A stretch of 64,000 nucleotides of DNA from Ylistrum balloti (Eukaryota): assembly GCF_031769215.1 (NCBI RefSeq), contig NW_026782092.1, positions 248,001 through 312,000 of the forward strand, read 5' to 3'. Under the pieces are notes generated by a model, which saw only the letters and a list, made by a program, of their open reading frames with translations, was not told the origin of the DNA and searched no databases. Shown here in pieces: positions 10,601-23,325 of the stretch. The position numbers were made by a program, and so were the translations under genes. Every line of letters begins with the position of its first letter. The stretch's first letter is position 1.

Positions 10601-12699
10601 AGGCAGAGAGCCATTGTACTCTAGAAAATGTAATCTGCACAATTACCATTTCAAATGCTGTAGAACTATTATTAATAGAAATTCCCACAAAGTGTAAGAG
10701 GCATCCATGAATGGATGATCTATTTGAAAAGAAAGACGGAATACCTGTTAGATATGCGATTCCATTCTCCACTAGGATAACTTGAAGAGGGCATAAAAAT
10801 TATGCACATCGGAGGATAAGATTCTGTGATAAGTTAAGTGGGATACATGTACAAGCATATATCACAAATCTTAAATTGAATCTTTGATAAGGTTTCGAGG
10901 GAAAAAATAACAAAGAAACCACTTAAGCTTAAATGTGTATGATAAGACTCAGTGAAGCAAATAAATTGAAAAAAACAGTTCATTGATATACAGAACACGT
11001 TTGTTTAAGGATTACAATCTCTATAAAGCTTGGAGAATTTTATTTGTTTTTTATACTGAAACAATTTATGACAAAAACATCTTTAAGCACTTAGTATAAT
11101 TCCGAGTTTAAAATTTCACAATTAGCTTTACAGAAATTTCACATAATTCCAACACCAGTGAGTTAACTGTGTAATTATCATTGGTGGAGCTTGGATGAGA
11201 AATTTAAACAAATATCAGTAAAGGTATAGACAATTCATAGAACACTACATAATGTGTCTTCTTTCTCCCTGCACAAGTATCCAGCATCAATGTAGTTGCT
11301 CTCTTTTCATGCTGTTGAAGGCAGAAACAATGCTTTTCGAATCAAACTTCGTGAGGACACATGAAAAGTCACTAGGGAAAGTGCTCAAGACACTGGGGAA
11401 CATGTAACATAAAGCTAAGACCCAGGAATTTGATAGAAACAGAAAACCTGGCAACAGCAACAGTAATGTATTATGTTTAAAATAGCTGTATGAAGAAGTT
11501 CCAAGAGAGTGCCATTTCCTTTCCATATTCACTTAGAAAGAAATGATTAAAAAGAAAGTAAGTTACAAATAAAAGAAAGAAGGAGAAATGGAAGAAGGGA
11601 AGATTGAAAAGAAAACTTAAAGTATAAAGACACTTTCAGCTACAACTTGATGACCGATCAGAACTTTCCAATTTTTTTCTTGATGACAAGAAAAAGCGAT
11701 GATGCAAAAATCTTGTAAACAAATGCAATAAAAACATTTCTGACGCACTGGTACTAAAAAAAACTGGGATTCACGTCAGAGTGGTGATAAAATATTCAAT
11801 CCCTGTGATCTAAATCTAGAGTGTATATTGATCGAGCAGTCTATATGGGGCACAGTTACAGTAGGAGATGGTCGCCTCAGATAATCTTAAAGACTGTCCC
11901 TAGTCACACTGATATCACTCTACAAGGCAGAGCTACCAACTATACCTGTTCTCTAAATGTATTTCTCAAGAAATATTTATATATTTCCCCTTTGTTAATA
12001 CATTTTAAGACACATCCAAAAAAATTGATTTTATCTTTCATGAAATAAAGCAATTAATGGAAAAAACCATGGAAACAATACTAGACACAGATTATCAGCA
12101 ATATAAAGTAAAACACACACAGCAAGCATATTTGAAATTCCATGAAACAGACTTCTTCGTAATCTTATAATTATAACAGAACTTTTATTACAATATTATA
12201 AAAAATAACTCTGTTTTCTGTTTTTAATTCCACAGTCACTTAGGTTTCAATTTCGCTTAAAAAGGCAGAAAAAGAATCATTTGTGTCTGAAAATGATTTG
12301 GACAATGGCATCCCAAAATTGGAAATATTCAAGGTCATTTTTCTTGGAAAACTCTCTTATCATTTGACTAATCTCCAAATTCATTAAACAGAAAAATCCT
12401 TGAAATACATGTTTTTTGAAAGCCTCAATTTTCTCATCAATTATGTTTGGTTAATTCAATTGAATAATAATTCATCACATTAACAATTTTTAATTAATTA
12501 CAAAATCTATTTTTTTTAAATACAAAAAGCTTTAAATCAATTGATTTAAATGACATGCTATATAATTACAAAGCAAAGCATCTACACCAACAACAAATAC
12601 TTTACTTCAGATTCAGTTTTGCTGGTTACTGTAAAGTCACACATTTTCATGATATTCAAATTTTGTGGTTGTCAAATAAGTCACTACATCACTCATACT

Positions 12700-12917
12700 G
12701 TCTGTTGGTCATTTTGTTTTCCTGATCAGACCCAAAATCAAATGGGCACAACTTAGGACCAAGAGGAACCTACATATGAAATTTGCAAAAGAGCCATCCT
12801 GTGCTTCTCCAGAAATATCGATAACAAAAATTGTTTATGGGCGGACGATTGAAGGACAGACCACGGACCACAGACATAGGGCGATTTGAATAGCCCACCA
12901 TCAGATAATGGCTAAAA
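12700..12917. mobile_element. Terminal part of a HINE-like element
   Basis: An acatatgaaatttg...ccatcc...ttctccagaaat box, then a ggcggacga..ggacagac microsatellite-like stretch, then the terminal tagcccaccatcagataatggctaaaa inverted-repeat end. Confidence 0.55.
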
Positions 12918-14486
12918 CTTTTGTTTAAGAGAGTTTGAAAAAAAAACATTTCACCAGAAACCACAAACTATCTACAGAATTTTAACAAAAACCCACTGAA
13001 CTTCTTTTTTAAAAAATCTACCTCTATCTCTCGCTTTTGAAATCTCTTAACCTGTCATTTTACCACATAGGACAACATTTCAATTACGTATCCATCCCAA
13101 GTCTTAACTTCAAAAAGAAAGCAACCACCAATCGACGCTCTTGAGTTTCTAATGACAGAAACAACTGGCTCATCTTCCGGAGAAGACATGAACATTTTCC
13201 CTCAGCATTAAAGGAAGAGAGGATCACAGGGTTACCTATCAACAGTTATACAACCCTGAACCTAACTCACCTACAGGTGAATCATGGAATGGTCTGTCGA
13301 TTGATCTCGCCAAATTTAAGCCAGACTACAGGTAATACAGGTTTAGCCTTCCTGACATCATTGTAATGTTTCGTTACATATTACAGAGGAGCGATACAGA
13401 CACAGAAGTCTGAGCGGGGACAGAATCTTTTTATCTTTTCATCAATATCAAACAAGTGTTTTTGTATGTGGTCGTTTCACAGCCGTGCTTGATGGGCTGT
13501 TTGTTCAGACGCTCTGTTTTCAGAACTATTAAGCTCTGTACATCTTCACGTAATATTTGTTTATATACTTTTTTCCTTCCCCATCAGATAGCATTAAACT
13601 TTGTCTGGTAGGAGAGATGATAAGCCAGACCATACTAACTTGATGAAACTCTCAGCTGTCATCTGAAACGTAGATCCCAGTTATGAAACATTTTTCAAAT
13701 TCACAATCATGAGCACACAATGCATACAAGAAAAAAAAATTTTGGCCCTCATTTGAAGTTTTATTTCACTAACAAGGTTTCTTTTTTAAAGACTTCTTAT
13801 GAAAGAAAATTAACAAAAGTCACTCATATAGACTATATTAAGACCAACTTCAATCTAATCCTAGTTTTCAACAAAGACTGGGACTGAACCTGACTTCCAA
13901 TACACTTCAAGGCTTCCAGAGTCAATATTTAGTTCACTGAAAATGCAATACTTCTGCATGATTCATGATATGCTGATACCTATTTGTGTAGCTAGGCAGA
14001 CTGTGCATATGTAATAGTTTTCCCAATGTTCATTTGATTGTAAGGCTCTTCAGATTGCCTTAAATCAGGATCTCATACTTTAAGCAATCCTCTTTCTGAT
14101 TCAACACGAATGTAAGTGGTTTCCACAAATACTTAGAATGTAAATTTTCCACTCATCTAAATCTTTAATAATCACTTAAATGTAAGCTTTTTTTAAAAAA
14201 TGAATGGTAAAAAGACTTGATTTTCAAGCAGTTATTATAAATTTTTAATTTATGCAATTCCTCTCCCACAAACACACAAATCTTTTTTAAATGTTAGTGA
14301 AAATGTCTAATTTTCAAATGTCAGCCTAAATCTACAATCTAACTCCTTCAAAATTCTGCTCCCCTACCAACTCCTTCACAAACATACACAAGGCCTGAAA
14401 CATGTTTGTGGAAAAGGAAGTTGTTTCTTTTTGCCAAGATTTATAACATCCCAGTATAAAGATAGAAAGGTTTCATCACCACCTAC

Positions 14487-14630
14487 CTTGAGGACATCTT
14501 CCTCAGCTGAATGACAAGCGGTTTCCTCGGAGATGTCCGTCAGGTCATCGGATTCTTTTACGCTGTACACTCTTAGGGGATAAACCTGTTTACGTTCAGT
14601 CAGGAGAGCAAAGTTCAAGATTTCTCTCAC
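14487..14630 (-). CDS. TMEM132: TMEM132-family protein, exon equivalent to vertebrate exon 5 (144 nt, phase 0/0)
   Basis: Acceptor ttatttttcag|GTG and donor AAG|gtaggt. Encodes VREILNFALLTERKQVYPLRVYSVKESDDLTDISEETACHSAEEDVLK, matching the TMEM132 pattern EILNTAILTG..V.P..V..V.....C.S.DEDVIK. Confidence 0.95.
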
Positions 14631-15364
14631 CTGAAAAATAAAAAATGAATATGATCAATTATCTTCAACCAATTACAGAAAAACAGACCTATTTTTAATC
14701 TGGAAGCTACTATTTATTTTTGAAAATTTGAGACATGTTAAGAAACAGCATGAATCATCTGATATTTAAAAGTCAAACTATTCACATCATCTATGAAGCA
14801 GAATGCATTCTGTTTCTGCATAATAAAATGTCTGAAGCACCTAGGGAATGTCCTCTTTATTAATGATATCTGACTTTGTGAGCATGATAACTCCATCTTA
14901 GTTATCAAACCATCCTTCTCCTATATTGAATCTTTAGAATTCTACATTCATGATTCAATGACACAGATGTGTAGCTACAATTCACAGCACTAATCATTTT
15001 ATATAAATCCTTAAGAGATGCTGATGACTACCCTCGAGAATATGTTACCGAAACCGACAAAATTCAAAATGAAAACCAAATAAAGGAAAATTTGTTAAAA
15101 GAAAAAAGATTTAGTTTTGAAATTGCAAAACATATTTAAAAAATTATGAATCTTGAAAGAAAAGACAAACTCAGTTGACATTATATGATTTGTGATTTTC
15201 CTGTTACAAGAAAACAAAAAGATTGATTGTCCTACTTGTTTCAGTCTGGTACCAGGTATTCAGAAGTACCCAATAAGTTTTATCATATTTGAATATGATC
15301 AGAGAAAATTCCTGATTGTGACACAGGTCCTACAATGACAGGGACATTTTTCATACTCCCATAT

Positions 15365-16262
15365 ACAAGAGGCCTAGCAGCCTTAATGGTCACCTGAGAT
15401 AAGCAATATTGAAAATGAAGATTAAAGAATAGTTATCAAGTGTCATGACACTAAATATAGGAAGGCAGTGTCATCCTATACTGATAATTCTAGTGGGAAA
15501 TAACCAATAGTATGCTCAAAAATACTATTTTTCTATGAACATTACAGTAAAGTCTAAAAAAAAAATTCCTCCCCTGGAGGAAATGTGAGACTCATTAAGG
15601 TAATTAAAGCACCTTAAAATGCTTCCAATCAAGAAGAGTATTTGATTCTATCATATGTGGGTCTTCAGAAGAAGATTTTTGAAATTTCAAGTCAATATGA
15701 GCCCTTTTGGCCCCGCCAATCAGCCCCTGGGGGTCAGTCAGGATCAAAATGGGCATTCCATCAGGCCGCCATCCTTCACTCATAATTCTAACCAAGTTTG
15801 AAATATTTCCAATGGAAATTAAGCAAGTTATGCTCAAAACTCTAGTTTTCCTATATAAACTATAGTAAACTTTACCCCCTCCCAACAGGGATATGCGAGA
15901 CCCTGGGGCCATGAAATTTGCAATTTTGGTAAAGGACCTTAAGATGCTCCAATTCATGAAGAGTATTTGATTCTACCATATGTGGGTCTTGAGAAGAAGA
16001 TTTTTGAAATCTAAGTCAACTTGAGCACTTTTGGCCCCAACCCTCAGGCCCTTGGGGGTTGGGGTTGAGGTGTGGGGTTGGGATTGAATAATTCACAATT
16101 TTGGTTCATCTTAGGCCAGGGAAGGTTTCTGCAAAATTTCATTGAAATTGGATCAGGGGTATTTGAGAAGTTGAAAGCGTTAAATTGTTCTTGGACACAC
16201 GGCGCCAGATGAATGGTATTAGAATAGGTTACCATGAGACTTTGTCTCAGGTGACCTAAAAA
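15365..16262 (-). mobile_element. Non-autonomous Helentron/HINE element with internal satellite-like repeats
   Basis: Subterminal inverted repeats ggtcacctgagata and tgtctcaggtgacc match 13/14. Terminal hairpins aggc..gcct and gagac..gtctc. An internal block gaagagtatttgattcta.catatgtgggtctt.agaagaagatttttgaaat recurs about 324 bp apart. Confidence 0.8.
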
Positions 16263-17139
16263 TGTAATTCTTTACTTCCATCATTATCACTCTATAATTC
16301 ATCTCTAACACCAATTCAGTCAATTTTTCAAACATCCTGGTGATATTTCTGTTATTGTTTACAAAATCGTATGATTCAGAGCAGACAAAAATAGACTGCA
16401 GTCATTCAATCTCATTGAAAAGTGCTTTATTACATAAGGGAGATAACTCTTGTAAAGGAAATGCAAATGATCTTTTAACAGAAAATTTCAGACATTTTAA
16501 TATCAAAAGTGTATTACATAATGTAAAAATAACGTGTTAATTGATATAGGCTCTCCGAGCTTAAAATCAGTCATCACTCTTATAATGAAAAATCACAAAG
16601 CGGTTATTAGCTTTAGTTCTGATTCCATCCTCCCACACACTAGTACATGCAGGTTCTGAAACATATTGACATTTCTGAGAAATTAATGACAGATATTCAT
16701 AAAGACATATTGTTCTTACAAGTAACAGCCATAATCTGATTTATATAATGTGGGCCTTCCAACATTTTATTGATTTTATTTTCTAACCTAAGAAAGTGTT
16801 ACCTACACCTGGACCTCATTTCCACTCTAGACACTATAGTCAATAGTTCTAATAGCTTTACCAGCTGAAGAACTGAACCACTCAATGGACTTAGTGATAG
16901 ACTGTCAATGAATCCAGTCTGTAGCAAACACCTACATCAAAAGAGCAGGTTCATAGCTAGCTATCTGTGCCTCCTCCTCTGATACTCGGCCAACAACAAT
17001 AAATCACCAAAGATATACAGTGCTAGTAACATCTCAAGGGTTCTCGGCCAGATATATCTTTAGCCAAAACACCACAAAAACCTGAGAAAATGTCTGCACA
17101 GATGTAAGTGAACATTCATAAGATGTAACCATATGAAAT

Positions 17140-17410
17140 ACAGTAAACTTGTCACCAAGAAAATTGAACAAAGGGCCATTACTCTGTTTACAATGAAGTA
17201 CAGAAACCTCTGTTCCATATGTATGATACTTAACCCTTTTTGAAACAAAGTAAACATGTCTACAAGAAAAATCAACAAAGGGACATAACTCTGTTCCATA
17301 TGTATGATACTTAACCCTTTTTGAAACAAAGTAAACATGTCTACAAGAAAAATCAACAAAGGGACATAACTCTGTTTATAATGAAGTATAGAACCCTCTG
17401 TTTCATATGC
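17140..17410. repeat. 81-bp tandem repeat (two near-perfect copies plus degenerate flanks), probably a HINE-internal satellite
   Basis: ctctgttccatatgtatgatacttaaccctttttgaaac... starts at 17208 and 17289. aaaggg(c/a)cat(t/a)actctg occurs three times. Confidence 0.85.
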
Positions 17411-20400
17411 GACACTCTATCATCCCAATTTCAAAGATACAAAATTACAGCTTAAAGAGTACACATACATCTTTGACAAAACAACACATGGACTGATGAC
17501 TGATGGGCTGATTATCACATATAATTGGTTATCAATCAATCATGGCTTTTCCAAATGTGGTAATCAACTTTGATTCAGCATAACCAACCATGCTGAAAAA
17601 TATATGTGAACGTGACTTCTGTGAATTTCCACTCAAACGTGTTCCTGGGGAAGTCAATACTGACACACCGCATGACCAACATAGCAGACACCTAGCAGGT
17701 AAAAGGTGCGGCTAAGGTGAAAGTAAAGTTTCTCAATACTAGTCAATACCAAATATACCAACAGGCCAAAAACACAGTCCATATTATTGTTCCGTCTGTA
17801 GAGATACAATGAAATGACCAAACCAAATGTTCTTGCATACCAGTGAAATAGGTAACATATTATAACTGTTTATAAAGTGTAAAATTGTATTGGTTTGTCA
17901 ACCAATTTCAACCAAAGTCCCAGCTGTGGCATCACTGTGATCATACAAACTAAGAAATATATATCATTATCCTGTGATTGTCTTATATAAGAACTTTCTA
18001 TCATCTAACACAAAACAACTCATTTTAGTGAGTCCTCTCTGACAACATCCTTCAAATATTGCTACATTATTAAAGACTGTGAGGTTTCATTATCAATTAA
18101 AACTTTATCTTATCCCTTTTAATCACACTATACATCTAAAATTTTACTATTTTTTTTCTAACTTCTATGATAGAAAGCTATAAAACATTTTAAGTCAATT
18201 ATTTTTTCTTTCGATAAAGACACAACAGCAACATTTCTGAAATCTCTAATACAGAATCAGGAATTCTTCCTTGAAAAGGCTATCAATATACTTAAATGGA
18301 AAAAATTAACATAAGTCTTTAACAAAATCAAAGAACTGTTAAGGAATATCACTGAACAAAAAGTAATATGAGTTTTCAATATCAGCTGAGAAAGAAAATA
18401 ACTATAGCTATGGAAGGTGGTAACTCTCGTACATTTAGCAAACGATCTTGATCCCTCCGGGCTCAGTTCTTTACTAAGAAAGTGTCTACTAATAGATATC
18501 AAGGATTTGTGAATATTTTCAATGAATAGTGAAAATGATCCATTAAAATTCTGCCTGTTTCATTACTTTTCTAAATTGTTTAAACAGACCCACAAAATTT
18601 TTTTAAGTAGAAAACTTGATATTTTATGACTTTCAAGCGTTTCAATAAAGGGAAAATAATCATGTTTAACCATTTTGATGATTTTTGTAATTACTTTGGC
18701 TTTGTACTTAAAAGAATAAATGAAATATGTTGAGAGCAGAAGACTTTGAAAGGAGTTTTTTGTAACTTTTCAGTGATGCAAATCACACCAAAATATTATG
18801 TTGAAAGTAATTCATTTTTGTCATTGCAATGCTTCCGTGAGCAATATAGCTACTGACAATGACACATAATGACAGAACATTACACCACACAATAACACCC
18901 AACTCACAGTCTGTGGATGAAAGAAACATTCATACAGACGATATACCCCACTTTTATCTCGCAGAGTAAATATTTGGATACTTGTGTTGAGATCAATAGA
19001 AGTCTCGAGTATGCTTATAACATGAGTGTGGTGCGAAGCTGTTTCACTTCAAGGCCCTGCCTGTAAGTGATAATCCTGATTATTGTGTTTTAAAACATTA
19101 GATTTGGTTTTGAGTCATGACATATAATTACAAGGCAGTTCTCTTTATGCTCATGATTGTTTTATCACTAGAATTTCCTGTTCCTACGATCGTCAATTTT
19201 GATAACACCAACGAGGTGATAAGATATTTTAAAAGCTTAAAGAATGCTATTAAAACAGAATGCCACTGCCAGACATAAAAACAGCAAAAGTCAACCAAGG
19301 ATCTGATCTGTTTTCAAAGAAACATTCCATAGGTGAACGGATAGTGACAAAATCTGTTTCTTTATTACGTGATACTTTGCTTCAAGAAGTGACCTTGAAA
19401 AAGACCCTATCACTGATTGTATGTTGGACATCGTAGAAACTTAAATAGAGTCATACATACACTATCCTACCTGTGCCACTTGGTGCAAGAGTACAGTTTA
19501 AGCAAACTACAAACACTAGACATTTCAACACACTTGAGTTAAACATTCAATTGGTTCTCTATCTAGTACATATCAAGATGTTTTCCTCGGTCATGACTAA
19601 AATGGTTCCAACTTAAATATTGATTAAATGAAACATGCATTAATTAATTGAAAAATAAAAGTCTTTTTCTGAAATCTTAATTTTCTATCAGTTTTATGAA
19701 ACGGATCACTCTGCTGAATTACTATACCATGTGTGTGAATGACCTTGAATAGGAAGGGTCGATCACAACCAGGAAAATGTTCGACCAGCTATGTGTTTGA
19801 TATATAAGTTAAGGGTATATGATCTTTGATAATGCAGTTTTATACACGAATACGTCTAATGTAAAACATCTCATTTTGTCTTAAGCCATTTTAGCTGTGT
19901 AAACAGTTGCCAAAATTTTCCTAAAATCAAAACAAGGTTAAATGAAAAATGATCATTATAAAGTCTGATGCAATCTATTTTGCCAAAGTGAATTGTAGCA
20001 AACTTGTAGTGATGCAGAAAATCGTGAAATCTTCTAGTTGGTTTACAGGATATTGGAATATTCTAAATCAAACAAGCTCATATTCAACCCTGATCCAACA
20101 AATTGACAGAAATGATTTAAGCTAATAAGCTCGACCACCTTTAGTCACTTTAACACTCACAGTTAAAGCAGACATGACAGATCAAGAATGGAATATAAAT
20201 CACAACAGTAAGAAGGGGGAAAAAAACAGGAACAATTACAGCTGATAAACATCTTAGCCTAGTTTTTACATACAATATATTTCCCTCCAATCTCCCTAAA
20301 CAGCTTTAATAGAGATACCATCACTACCCTACTACATCCAGACCTTATGTGTTTGGAAGAGAACAGGCCTAAAATTGGCTACCCTTGGTTGAATAACAAA

Positions 20401-22555
20401 GGCGTGCTGACTATCTCAAGCCACATCTACATGCTATAAACAGATAACAAAAAGTCTATGTTACAAAGTGATGGTAGTCTCTTGTCTTCTAATGTGTCAG
20501 ATCTTTTATTCCTCTATGATGGACAGCTGGAACAACATGGGTCAAATTTTACTGTTTTAAATTCTTATAAACCTCAAATTCCAGTAGGTTCAAGTATCAT
20601 CAGCTTGAACAATGAAATCTATTAAAAACAAACCAGAGGTGCAATGATTACAAAATACTTTACTTTGTTGAATGAAAACAAAATTAGACCTCTATGCATG
20701 CATCACATTAATCTACCATTTTTTAAAATATCAAATCTATTGGGAAGATATATTTAAATATGATATCAATATAATGAATCAATTTGTCTGAAGCAAACCC
20801 ATTGTAAACCAGTCTCTCAATGAAGTCAATGCCCTTAGAATATAAGAAACTTGTCCAAACAGAAAACCTGTATGATCAGGAGAGCTGTATAGGAGAAAAC
20901 CTCTATGTTGATATTCCACAGTGACATCCCAAACTTGATACCAAGAGATGACATCCATATCTGCCTACAATAGAAAAACTGCTTCCGTCATGTCTACATG
21001 GCCCAAAACCCAATCAATCAAGAATCTCATTAAGCATATTGATCCCAAATGTTCAAAGGCAGAACCAGATCGATGACGATCCTCTTATCTCCCCAAGGCC
21101 ATTGATGGAACACACAAAAACAGTGATGGCCCACCTCAAAGGGTCCTCAAGCCGATCAGGTATAACTCAGACAGCTGAGAAATTGAATTTGAAAAAAAAA
21201 AAAAAAAAAAATAGATTCCTAACAGAGTTGCAGAGCTGTTAAAATTATTTTCTGCAACGTGAGCAAATATCACTGCTCCAACAGAAAAGTTGTCTACTTA
21301 AGGGAATATCCTGGAGGGCAAACTGCATGCACAGTAAAAATTTGGAACCATGTTGCTGATATTGAGTCTCTTCACATAATCAACGACACTGGTACTAATT
21401 TTCCTTTACCACCATGCTTACACCCATAAATTTTCTAGGTGTGAAATAGATGATTTAAGGCCTTCAAGTCTGAACTACACTTTAGTGAGATGTAAATTGT
21501 GTTAATATTGCATATAAAGTGACAGCACCAATTATGACGGCCTTGGCAGGGACCCGAGACACACTTTGAGATATGCTGTGCACCAGTCTATTCTAAAGAC
21601 TTGCACACCAATAAACATTGGTGAAAAAACCAAGCACCAGTTTACAGTAATTATTGCTGTGACCAATACATAGTTAGTATTTACCTAGTAGTATATATTT
21701 CTGAAATATACTGAACTGTTAATTAACTCACAATTACCACATGAAGTTTTAATGCAAACTGTGGTCTATTTTAACAGACTTTGGTGTTGGCCATTACAGA
21801 AAACAAAGATAAATTGATCAGAAGTTAATACTTTTTCTTCAACAAAATAACAAACATCTGACATCCTGTCTTAAGACCCAAAAACTTCCCTCTAGATCAG
21901 AATCCTGTGATCCTATTCAGTGGAGGACCAGGCACATTATATAATCTTAGGGATGTCTGTAAAAAACCACTTCTAAACCCTTCTAAAAATAACTATGGTT
22001 TGAATAAAATACCACCAATTACTGAGATAACTCTTCCTGAGATCTAAATATATCCCTCACACTTGTTTATAAATAGTACAGTTTCAAGAAGTAATAAAGA
22101 TCTCAGCACATTCCTAATTCACATGATTTTTATAACTTAAGTTTTCAGTTTCATTGGGATTGTATTTAATGTGACTGACTATTCTTCACACTGGAATCAA
22201 CAACAGGAAATCAAGCTTTAAAAAGACAATAAGTTGTCGAAATTTGGCAGATATAAAAAGTAAATCATTTTAATTTTAGATCCACTGTAAATCAAGGAGG
22301 AAAATTGCTGACACCTAAAATAGACACCTCATAAAAATATCTACAATAAGAATATAATCTCCAGCAGAGGCAGCATCTGGGGAGTTTAAAACCAGAGTCA
22401 AAACATAAATTAATTTACAGAAACAAGAAAGAGTTGATCTAAACAAAGCTGTTCATATCTCCAGCCTTTGTTTCCAGGGATGGTAGAACTAGACAGAAGA
22501 ATATCCACTACAACAATAATGTCAATAAATACTAAAGAGTAGTGAAAACTAGAGC

Positions 22556-22594
<39 letters not shown>
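22556..22594. repeat. (TA)n microsatellite
   Basis: Directly visible alternating TA run with one C interruption near each end. Confidence 0.95.
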
Positions 22595-22597
<3 letters not shown>

Positions 22598-23152
22598 AAT
22601 TTAAACATTTCTATTTGAAATATGGAACCAAATTATCAGCTTAAATGGACCAAAGGCAAGGGAATATTTTGAGAATTGGAGAATCTGCCAGATAACATTT
22701 TCCAGCAGTTATTTTATTCATATGAAATATTTCAAAATAATTATCTAATACATTACATATGTATGTCTTTTCTAGCCCAGCATCATTATGTCCAGAGGCC
22801 AATATTGATAAAATTGCAACAACTCAGCCAATATCCTATTGGCCACCTTTATTCTGGTATTGGTTAATTTTCAACTGGCCCAAAATATGAAAAACATGCC
22901 AACAGTGGACAGGATAAAGGAATTGTTTATAACAAATATGTAAAAACATAGTGATATCTTAGGGATACTACCTTTAGACATAAACATGTGTGGTATTTTA
23001 TCTGATATTGTGTATTTGGATAAAGAACTGATTTTAACATCAAAACAAACTGAAATCAGGAGAATATTGGCATTATTCCCCAAGTAGTCCCTTTCCCTGT
23101 TTTGCTTTTTTTTTTTAAACATTTGAACTATTGGTTGAATGTATGTATTCAA

Positions 23153-23325
23153 CAAGACCTTGGTCTGCCCTGGGTCTATATCCTAATGGCCCAAGACCTT
23201 GGTCTGCCCTATTGATCTGAGACCTGGGTCTCTTTCCTAATGGCCCAAGACCTTGGTCTGCCCTATTGATCTGAGACCTAGGTCTCTGTCCTAATGGTCC
23301 AAGACCTTGGTCTATCCTATTGGCC
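23153..23325. repeat. 39/54/54-bp tandem repeat built from palindromic modules
   Basis: caagaccttggtct starts at 23153, 23192, 23246 and 23300. The two 54-bp units also contain gagacct(g/a)ggtctc. Confidence 0.9.
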
